Source of the DNA: Haliotis cracherodii
Taxonomy: Eukaryota
Direction of reading: 5' to 3'
DNA length: 64,000 nucleotides
NCBI RefSeq assembly: GCF_022045235.1
Contig: NW_027266269.1
Coordinates: 38,998,001 to 39,062,000 of the forward strand
The translations under genes were made by a program, and so were the position numbers. Of the stretch, positions 27,901-39,900 are shown one piece after another (position 1 is the first letter of the stretch; every line of letters begins with the position of its first letter). Under the pieces are notes generated by a model. That model had not been told where the DNA came from. It was given only the letters and a program-made list of their open reading frames with translations, and searched no databases.

Positions 27901-30900
27901 TAACGTGGGAGGAAAGAATGGGATGATGCAAGGCTAAGCTGTTCACCTCTTTATTGAAGAGAGATAAGGTGCTGACATTTTATGATGCCAACCCACCATC
28001 ACAGGATAATGACGTCCCTAACGGACTAAGCCTTGTGAAACAAGACATGCTTCTGTGGTTTGTTGGTTGTTTTACGCCATATTCAGCAATATTCCAGCTA
28101 TATGACAACGGTCTGTAAATAATCGAGTCTGGACCAGATAGTCCCGTGATTGACATCATGAACACCGATCAACGTAATTGGGATCGATTACATGCATCAA
28201 CCAAGTGAGCGAGTCTGACCACCCGATCCTGTTAGTCGCCTTTTACGACAAGCATAGTCGCCTTTTAAGGCAAGCTTGGGTTGCTGAAGACCTATTCTAC
28301 CCCTGGGCCCGGGATCATGAAAGTGGTCTTAGCTCAAATTTTGCTAAGCACGAATTTTGTCTTAAGTTTTTAAGATTTTGCTTAGCTAAGATTCGGCCTA
28401 AGACTGGATCTTGAAACGGTCTCAGCAAAATCTTAGCTAAGTCTAAGTCTAAGACCGTCGTCATAGGGACACGCTCACGTAATATCGCACTACGATAATC
28501 ATTGGATGCCGAGGTTATTTTTCTGACACACATTTTCCTAAGATCGGAAAAGAGAAGGTTGTGCGAGAATTGCGCTCACTCGGCACTGGATCTACCTCTG
28601 GCTATAAAATTAGGCAGTGATGTAGAATATTAAATTTACTATCTGATGGTGTAAATTTAACTGTAAATATTAAACCGGTTTGAAAAAAAGACGCTTCTAA
28701 GTTTTGTCCGAGAATTTATTCTGCGTCGAAAAACAGGAAATTTCTCTGCTTTTAGCGTACACCAATAAACGTACTGTGCGGCAAAAAAAATTATTTAGCA
28801 GCTTTACCGAAACTGTGAGCGAACAAAATACTGCCTCATATTTGAACGACATAAATATATATCAAATAGAGTTATATGAGTATGTATAACGACATAAATT
28901 CAATACAAAAAATAGCCTGCCGTAAATGACGAAAACTGATTTACCGCTATGACGTCAAAAGGCGACAGAGAGGTTACACGCGTTCAAAGGAAAGGGGGCA
29001 TAACTCCGCCATGCTTAGCACTAGTTTATTGTAACTAGGGTCACTTGGTGAGAATTAGCTGTGGGTAAGGACAGTGTATTTTCGTGGTGTTTTGTTCACG
29101 AGGAACCAAAATATTCCAACACAAATATTGATATTGAAACTGTATACGTTTAGGCATAAAAAACCCATCAGAAATTATGAAATTATACTTCATAAAAAAT
29201 GAGTGATAGCGAAATGGATGGCCCTATGTAAACCATAAATTAGTCCTTAAATTCCAACATTCTCCTGATTGTGCAAGTGTAATTTGATTAAAGTTGCACC
29301 TATCTAAATGGATCACTAGCAGTATCATCAAATGTAATTAATTACTAAGAAAATGACTCAATTCTATTTGACGTCATGGCTGCTTGTTTGTCTTTGATAA
29401 CGTCGGAGAAAGACGACACTGGTATTTTGATTGATATATATCTCCCCTAATTTTCGTTCATGATATGGAAAAAGTCCATGTGTTTAAAACGGAATTTGAC
29501 GCCTTTTCGACTCAACATAAAAAGACTGCGTTTACCATGTAAATAATGTCTTGAATAGATAAACAATTCGATAATGTACAGTGTATCTTTATTGGACAAG
29601 ACATGCACCTGTTTGGCATCAATTTTACGTAATCATGCAAGTACTCAAAAAATTATTTCGAACCAAACAAAATTATTATTCAATACTGTACATGTATTTG
29701 TTCATTATTATGTATTAATATTTCTCATCAGCTTGTCTCAAAATTATACCATAAAAGATGCGAAAAAGCTCTCTTGGTATAGAATTAACAGGATAATCGT
29801 ATAAGGATAATCGTCCACCTACGGGGTACATGGCACGGGTTATATTTTAAAACTTTTTACAATTCTTGTAGAAATATAGTAAACAGTTTCATATCTTGTG
29901 GTCAAAATATTTGATAAAGGATGAACCTATTGATTATATAATGCAAAACTAGAGAAATAATTCTTAAGTCGTTTGCGACTAACGCGCACCTGGCGAATCG
30001 TTAGATATCACTGTTCTGTATATCAAACGGCATAAAAAAAATTTCAAGACAAGGACAATTCTTCTAGAAATTTGTGCATATATTTTAACGAAAAATAATA
30101 TCAATTTTCTTTAAGTTATATCTTCAGTTTAGTTATACAGCTATTCGTGGACACTGTTTATATGAACTTATAATATTGACTATTACACTCCCTATAAATA
30201 CATACATGTTGCAGTTGCATTTACATTTCATCTAGTATCACTTGTCCAAAATAAAGAAATATCGTATACGACACTATAAACTTATCAATTTCATGTGTAA
30301 ACATTGTTCAAACAAACAGGATATTATTAAAGCTTCATACATGTTGTGGCCTTTATCTACTTATGATATCATATTGAACATTGATTAATATCCAAAGTGA
30401 AATTAAATGTGTGAAAAAATGTACACAAGACATGCACGATCTACATCATAATTGAAACTGTAAATAGCCTGCTAGGACACAATGATCGTGTGTACTTTCA
30501 TTCAAGGACCTTCACCTCAAAGAAATTACCTAATATGTACAACATATGTTGACGTATGACATCACTACCGGTGACCGACTTTTACAAAATGGCGTGTTCA
30601 CTGTCAACAGTACGCGGGATTTTACAAGGGGACTTTCGTTGATTCAGGGATCGTATATACATAAAAGTGACTTGTAAGTAATCAGACCCATTCTTACAAT
30701 CTGTGTACTGTTATTTGTTGTTTTATTTTTCATTGAAACCAACGGAAATTCCGATAAATACTGATAAATACCGTTGTCTTTATGCGTGATTTTGCGTCAG
30801 TCATGGCGTCACACTGGACAAGTTCTGTTGAAAATATCAAATCATTGCAATGTATATATTCCCTAATTCTCCCTACGATTCTTTCCCGTGTTTATTCTGA

Positions 30901-33900
30901 AAATGCTGAGCCAATGTACTCAACGAAAAGACGAATGGCTTTGTTTACATTTCCAACAAGTGCACTTTTTTCAGCGTTCGTTTTCACGACTCATTTATTT
31001 TGCTTCATTACATCTAGACAATTTGTATTGGTGACAAAGACCATTTGGCATTTGATTCTAAAATGTATGAGGAATTCAAGGATGTAGGTATCGCAGCTGA
31101 TTTTGAAATATACGTGATGGTATTTGCGTCTCATTACCGGTGTACGTATAACGTGATTTTGTAAACACTATCCAATATGGCTGACACAAAGCGACTGAGC
31201 AACTGAAGGTGAAAAGCCCAAATAGCAAAAAACTGAAGGAATATCAAAACTTGAATAATAGGTGGGAGACTGTGGGAACGCTGAGTGGGGTAGAATCTAT
31301 GCCAGTTCATCACCGGTTATACCAACGATAAAAAAAATGGTAGGACGACGAAATCTATATCTCTCAAAGAGCTCTTCGTCGTTGTACAGATCAAGATGGT
31401 TGAATCGGTCTCGAAATGTCCGATGATTTGCTATTTTGTCCTTTTTAGCCCCTAGGCAACGCATGAGGCGAACAACCCCCGCCATCTTTCTTGCTACAAA
31501 TTTTGTCTTAAGTCTACTCAGGGGCAGTCTTAGGATTTAAGATCAAATTTTGTCTTAGACTTAAGATATTCTCAGTGATTGAGCTTCGTGATCCCCAATT
31601 TAAGACAAAATTTGGTCTTAAGTCTAAAACTTAAGAGTTAAGACAAAATATGATCTTAAGTTAGTTTCATGATCCCGGGCCCAGATCTTCAAGGATCTTT
31701 CACTTAAGTAATCTCATCACTTTTGTTGTATTTACATCTACATATATGCTCTCCGCATCCTGGCACGCATTCATTCACCTGATGAAGGAGTAAGCATAAA
31801 ATCCGAAACGTTGTGTTCCTGATAATATAGAAGTTGACATCCATACATTCTCATGATTACATATTATATCACAGGAGTGTGTCAAGGAAAGACAACTCCA
31901 GTCTGTCTAGATGAGTGAGTGAGTGATTTCGATCCCACAATCATAGGTTTCTGGCGTGCCCAAGGGACGCACGTCTGCCACCCGTGCCCCCCTGTCTATA
32001 TGACATAAGCGAAAAGTTCAGTACTTTGCAATAAGACTTTCTCCCTTTGTGAACAGTGATGTAAAGGCTGTTCCAATTCTACTTGTTTAACAAGGGTATT
32101 TAAGAGCCTTGCCACATGTCACTAACGGCCAACTCCCTTCACAGGCAGGGAAGACTATCTTCATTGTAACAGGTGCGTGTGCAACGACTGGTCAAGCAAC
32201 CCAGGCTCCAACTTATTTCATTTTTATCAACCGTAATCGTACTAGTGATTCAACCTATATTATATATAAGGGCCCTCTTACTATCACAGGCAGGGAAAAC
32301 ACAGCTTATTGGCACATTCTCTATCAACGTTCCACTACAGACTTGTCCTCCATTTCTGGGCGGGGGGTTGGTGCAGCTCCTGGTGCGGCTACGTACAATG
32401 TCAATTCTGGTTCCACAAGTGATGCCACAAGAAGCATCCGTCCACTGAGTCCATAGTGTGAGGCCACCGTCCACTGTTAATCAAAGGTAAAATTTGACTT
32501 TAGCAATATTCCAGCTATTTCCTGGTTGGCGACATTAGCAATATGCCTCTCACATTGCACCTAGGTGAGACGACCATTATGCGTATGATTGTGTTGTAAC
32601 AAATGGAGTTTTCTAACTATGTATACGACAAGAGGAAGTCCATATGTGAGGCCTGCGTTCACTGTTAATCAAATGGTAAATTTAAATCATGGTTTTAAGG
32701 GAAATGAATTTCGCAAAAGTCAACGTGGATGGGAAAACCTTTACTACATTTAAACAGCATATGTATAATGTACCGTTTTTATATACATGGTTATACGACC
32801 TAAAGGGCAAGTTCACACGGAAATGAACCATTTTTTCTTGTACTTTTTCCACATTAAAAGTGTTAACATAGAAGTGTCATAGACAAAAATATAAAAACAT
32901 CATATTTAATTAACATATTTTTTGCACTAAAACGATTCATATTTTTCACATTTACCAAGTGTTCTATTTCCATAACAAAAACACCATGGCTTATGCCCCT
33001 TGCAATATGACGTCATTGGTGCCAATTGATAAACATTATGACGTCATCATGCTTTGTTAGAGCCGCTTCACGTGGTGTAGGTACAGTTTTGTGATTCTAG
33101 CATCTCAGATGCCAGCCAGAATTGTGTTATGCTGAGACACCACTGCGCCGGAGTGTGTCGTAGACCATGTTGTTTTACCGCAAACTGGTCCTTGATATCT
33201 TTTGCGTTGAGAATAGACAGGGACCCAGTTGAATTGGCACCAATTACGTCATAATCTAAGGGGGATAACTCAGGCCTATTTCGCTCGTAAAACGAAGGCC
33301 TCATAACGGCATATCACTTTCACACTATTGTGAGCTTCCTACTTTCACTGTGAAAAAAATGAGTGTATATTTTCAAACACAGATACTAACTAATTCTAAA
33401 ATTGCGTTTTGTTTAGAAAAAGAAAGAAAGTGATTTTTGCGTGTACACTTCCCCTTTAATCATCTTGTATAAATACTTTGTTTTTGGGCACAAAAATAGG
33501 CATACTATTAACCACGTTTGTCTAATACTCTCAGAAGCGTAAGTGCATCGGCTTATTTATCCAACTAAGTATTTGCGAGCAAACATATTTTGTAAACAGT
33601 AAAAAAAGCATTACCTGGACATGGAGAGAACGAACATTGTGTCGTTTGTGAATCCAGTACAGAACCGTTGCACGACTGTCCTCCATTGCTTGGGGCGGGG
33701 TTGGTGCAGCTCCTCGTTCTTGTACGTGTGACATCAGTACGTGATCCGCACGTGATGCCGCACGGTGGGTTGGTCCACTGAGTCCACAGTGTGAAGCCAC
33801 CGTTCACTAGAAAGTACATGCAGAAGCTATTTACTACAAAGTTAGTTGTCATTTTCGCTGCCATACGTGTACATACTACTCAAAAGAAGTTCAGGAACAC

Positions 33901-36900
33901 CCGATACTCTCATAGTTAATCTGTCATGCCAATATAGTGATATGAAAGAATACGGTGGTCCTTAAATTTGTTTTCGTTGTAGATCTGTTATGAAAACTCA
34001 CTAATCCAGAGAAGTCATCCAATTTAACGATTTTAAAAGAAAATATATAAATGCACATATCGTTGGTCCAAACAAACTTCATGCGGAATGTGTGATTAAG
34101 GAAATGATGACATTATCCAAATACATCACTGTTCACTGTCATAATGTGTGAACTGTTACTGGACAGTGGACTGCATGATATGTGAGTGAGTGAGTGAGGA
34201 AGTGAGTTGGAGTTTAACGCCGGTTTGAACAGTATTCCAGTAATGGCACGGCGTGTCAGCTTAATGATGTTTCCGGCGTGTACAAGGGACGCAACTATGC
34301 GTTAGGCGACTGGTCCACCCGCGCGCAGCCCCAGCCTCCAAATAGGGAGCCGATGTGTCAGCTGATACCAGGCAGCTTGTTTTATTGTGAACCTCCAAAT
34401 GTTGTTGAGAGCTCTACATCATCACGCAGTCTTTTTATCTTTCTCACGTATATTTTATTGCTATGACATGGGTATGATGATATGATGTTATGATATGAAG
34501 GGTCGGACGTTGTACAACTGACTGGATACACTGACTAAAAATATAAGCATATGGACTTTGCCTAACATTAAGCATTGAACTGGTATGTGCATTTTAAGTA
34601 GCTATATCCGCCCAATATCCTGTCACTCCCAGCCCCGACACCATACCCACACCCTATTCCACACACATGCACGAGCGCAGAAACGCACCATCACCCGCGC
34701 ACGCACGCACTCACACGCATACCCACACCACACCCATGCACGCACGCACAACAACACCCACACCCACGCACGCACACACTCCACTCAAGTTCCCCATCCA
34801 CCAAATGTCCTCTACAAACTAACGGAATTCAGATATATGTGACAATTACCCTTTTAACTGCTCCCTCATGACGGACAAATGACAACACACACTTCTGCGC
34901 ATGTTCATGACCTCACATTATTGCACCAGTATAGAACGTAAACCTATTGTACTCCCACACACTCTAAGCAGTACTCCGACAGACTCTTGTAACTATCAAT
35001 GCACACGAGATACCAATGAGCGGTGCCAGCACATGATGCTACATCATAAGAAGCACTTACCCGGACATGCACTCAACACGCACGACTTCAGGATCGTTTC
35101 AACTGTATTTCCAAAGCATTGTTGTCCACCGTTACTAGGAGCAGGGTTGGTGCAGCTTCTCGTTCGTGACCTGACAAGGCTGTCGATGGAGCCACAGGTG
35201 ATGCCACACGCAGGATTCGTCCAATTAGTCCATTGAGTCAAACCACCATTGACTGTAAACATAGTGAGTGTGTAAGTTGTCTATTACTTTGCTACTCTCC
35301 ACAGGTCTGTATGACAAGAGGGTTCACTTCAACTGTCAAATAGTCAACTTTCCCATTTTTTGTCACTCTGAATCTTTTGCATAGTTATGAATACGAAACA
35401 CACGAGTCAGTTTCACTGGTCTCCAGACAAAACATATTCAACACGTTAGACGACTGGACCCACCGTGCCCCCTTTTGTGAAGTATTAACCCAAATATAAG
35501 ATGGTGAAAAGTACATCTTACAAAGAGTCCAATCCACACACTGTCGACAGTGGTTCAATTATCTTTGAAACGTTGAACGTACCAACACAAGGGGAGAAAG
35601 CACATGGTTTTTGTGCAGTCTCAACAAAAGGCCCATTACAGGCAAGTCCACCATTGCTCGGGGCCGGGTTGCTGCAGCTTCTACTTCTTGTGCGCAGGAC
35701 ATCGGTTCTTGTTCCACAAATGATGCCACAAGGAGGCTCGGTCCACAGGGTCCATTGTGTGAGGCCACCATTCACTGCGCAATGAGAGAATATGTATTAA
35801 TCTATTGACTAAACATTCCAGGTTTGTAGTGGACGTCCTAGCTACCATTAAAATTAAACTATGTCTGTATTCTATAGTTACAACAAATTATGTAAGCTGT
35901 ATTTCTCTCAGTGTACTTCTGAGGGAAGACGTCTATGACGTCATGCACAGAGAGATAGTACACCCACAATCGAACGAGTGTATTGGACTAGAGACACAAG
36001 TAAACACATGAAACAACAATCACCAGCACACACCATGCTATTTAAACCTCTCACCTGGACAGGGACTAAAGACACAAGTCTGAATCAACGTCTCAACTCG
36101 ATCTCCAGTGCAGGATTGGCCTCCGTTACTGGCTACAGGATTTGTGCAGCTTCTGTCCCGTGACCTAACAACACTGTTAGTGGAACCACAGCTGATGCCA
36201 CAGGTAGGGTTAGTCCATTGACTCCACTGGGTGAATCCTCCATTGACTGGAAATGATTGTTGTGATTTAAAAATATACTACTCAAAATTTGATAAGGATC
36301 ACTAGGTGATATGTGTGTAAGTTACCACAAACATAACAAAAGACATGACTCTGACTCAGAAACGTGTTTAATCATGTTATGAATGAAAATTCATGAACGG
36401 CATGAACTTGTATCAATATGGAATGTTTGAAATCTGCAAACACCAAAAGGCATTTCATGAAAAATGTTAACAGCAAACAAGAGAAAGAATAACACAGTTA
36501 TGAGGGATAGTCCATCATTACACTTAGTCGATGAAGTGTCAATATCGAGTATGACCTCCCCTTGCATCAATGACGGCCTGACAACGTCGAGATATGCTGT
36601 CAATAAGCACCCGGATGTTCCCAATGGGAAGGTTGTTCCACTCTTCCACGAGGGCATGTCCGAGCTCTGCCAAAGTCGTGGGTTGTGCTCTACGGCGTGA
36701 AAGGGCAACCTGCAGCATGTTCCAGACATGCTCAATCGGGTTCAAGTCCGGCGAGCGCGCTGGCCAATCTATGCGGACAATTGTCTCAACCACCAGCGTA
36801 GGGTCTGACGTACACATCGAGGATCTCATCCCGGTACCTCACCCCCGTCATTGTTCCTCTCTCCAGGACATGAAGATCTGTACTTCCATCTCTGTTGATT

Positions 36901-39900
36901 CCACCCCAGACCATGATGGAACCACTACCATAACGGTCATGTTCACTGATGTTGGCATCATGGAAACGTTCACGTTGTCGTCGCCACACCCGCTGCCTCC
37001 TGTCTGTAAAGTCCAAACAATACCTGGACTCATCGGTGAACAGAACTGGAACCCAATCGTTCCGTGTCCAAGTGACATGATCTTCAGCCCATTCCAATCG
37101 CTCCCGCCGGTGTCGAACAGTCAGGGGGATTCGGACACATGCCCTTCTCGAGTAGAGACCTGCATTGTGAAGACGATTCCGTATCGTCTGAGTGGACACA
37201 TTCACCCCCGAGGCGTTCAGGAGGTCGTTACGTAGGCTGGTTGCTGTCCAGAAGGGATGACGTCGTGCCTGAAGAGCCACAAAATGATCTTGGCGTTGGG
37301 TTGTCGACCTCTGACGACCACCCCCATGTCGGTGTGCTGCTGTACCAAACTTTTGCAGTCGGGACCAGGCCCTGCTTACAACGCTCTGGCTGACGTTTAG
37401 TGCACTGGCAACGTCACGTTGTGAATAGCCAGCATCAAGCATTCCAATACATCTGCCCAGTTGTTCTGTCGTCAGGCGACGCCTTACACGTTGAGGGGGC
37501 ATTGCGTAGATAAACGTAGTGTAAACACTCAATTGAGTTTACAGTTTCAGAATGAATCAGACACCGTTGCCTGATTGGAAATCGTGCAATGGTAGCACAA
37601 GCATGAACTGTGATGTGAAACGCATTTCCCATGGCATGAAATGCACGTGCATGTGTGTTGGAGACGTTTTTGATTTCACTTGAACACAATATTGCCAGTT
37701 ATGCAGTTATTTTGTTTTTTTATTCAGAAAAATATCTACGATCCTTATCAAATTTTGAGTAGTATATATTGTCCATATATATATTGTCTAAATCCACACC
37801 TTAAGTCACACCCAAAGCTCCAATATAGTTAAGTACCATCACATTTTGTGTTGCATTAGTAGGTCGAGATGTTCTATATATACTCTGCCACAAATATCAT
37901 TTTAATGTTCACAGTCATATTCATGATTAAATGCTGTAATTGATGTGACAAGGATACATTCAGACATCAAATGTTCTTTTCAAATGTTGTACAAATATAT
38001 TGCCGACGTAAATAAGACGTTTCACTAGAACTTTACAAAGAGAAAACGAATTGTTATAATGAATTTACAATAATGGAAGTTTGCATTAAAAAAATCCAAT
38101 TCCTGTTGGGTGCATGCATCTTTCACACAATTATAATTAAACTTGCATTATTTCAATAATAAGATTTGTGTGAGAATCTTCTCCAGTAACAAAAGAAAAC
38201 AGCGAGAATACATGATCCTTTGGACCTTACCGGCACAGGGTGAGAATGAACATGTCTGGGCTAAAACCTCAACGAAAGGACCAGTGCAGAATTGTCCTCC
38301 GTTAGCTGGAGCAGGGTTGGTGCAGGTCCTGTCCCTTGTTCTGCTGACAGAGGCTCCCACCCCACACGTGATGCCACACCCGGGATTGGTCCACGTGGTC
38401 CACTGGGTCAGTCCACCATTCACTGGGGCTAACATCAAAGAGACATGACGATTCAAATGAATTCTATTTTTCATTAAGATACAGCTGTTATCTGCTATCT
38501 GGAGATTATCTGTTACGAATTGACAGTTTACTTACCTATCTTCAAATTCTCAGCTCATGAATTAAATGTAAGAACATGCATTACGAATGTACTGGCTATA
38601 ACTATAAAATCGCACAAAATACACGTAGACTACGAATATACGGGTTAGGTCAAATTAAGCTTGGATATCGAAGCACATAGTTTCATGTATAACGAATGTG
38701 CTGCTTGAATGTTCCGTGCTGCATATTTGTGCTGTATTTGATTTCAGACTGTATCTGTTTACGCAATATTTGTTACTTTTCTGCGGTATTCTAAGTCAGA
38801 TAGTACACGTATCATACATTCAATATCTAGCTTATCATAGTGTCACACATTAACGCCCAAATAGATGTTTACCTCGGCAGGCACTAAAGACACAAGGCTG
38901 AGACAACGTTTCAATTGTATTTCCAATGCATTGTTGTCCACCATTACTGGCTACGGGATTGGTGCAGCTTCTAGTTCGTGACCTGACAAGGCTGTTGGTG
39001 GAGCCACAGGTGATGCCACAGGAAGGGGTGGTCCATTGAGCCCATTGGGTGAATGCTCCGTTGACAGCGACTGGGAAAATTTCGTATTTTATATTGATTC
39101 CATTCAGCAGAACTAGCATTTACTGAAACTGTTGGACAACAGCCATGTCTCTACCACAGCAGTAAGATGTAAACAGTGTTTGGAGATAAGTGGTCTTAAA
39201 GTATAAATGAAATTTCATCTCAAACTGAACATAATTGTCAGATTATTTTCACAAATATATGATATATGTATGCAACATAAAATAACGAACAATACCCTTT
39301 ATGTTGTGATTGGTCATTTAATGTTATAACAGGCATAATCTTGTGAGGTATCTTATTACATCACTTACCAACACAAGGAGTGAAATCACAGCTTTTTGGT
39401 AAAATATCTATGATAGGACCGGAACAGGGTGTCCCTCCATTGCTGGGGGCAGGGTTGGTGCAGCTTCTGGTTCGTGTGCGTATTTCAGTCCTTCTTCCAC
39501 AGGTGATGCCGCACGGTGGGTTGGTCCACTGTGTCCACAGTGTGAAGCCGCCGTTCACTAGGAAGTACATGCAGAAGCTATTTACTACAAAGTTGGATTA
39601 CCTTTTCGTTGTAATACATGTACATATTACTCATACACCCGATACTTTCATATGACTATAGTTAATCTGCCATGCCACTACAATAATATGAAAGAATCGG
39701 GTTGTCCTTAACTTTGTTTTCATTGTAGATCTCCAATAATCAAGATGGTACATTTTACAATTTGTGAGTGAGTATGGTTTTATGCCGCTTTTAGCAATAT
39801 TCCAGCAATATCACGGCGGCGGACACCAGAAATGGGCTTCACACATTGTACCCATGTCAGGGATGGAATCCGAGTCTTCAGCGTGACGAGCGAACGCTCT

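Larger units (their letters stand above)
28306..31681 (-). mobile_element. PIF/Harbinger deletion derivative
   Basis: TIR ggcccgggatcatgaaa / tttcatgatcccgggcc; CWG flanks (ctg/cag); transposase remnant inside. Confidence 0.85.

Noticed and set aside
32125-32195. Possible 34th TSR exon (IVFPACEG)
   Set aside because: Only a few C-terminal residues match; no WxxW/CxxTCG or proper donor
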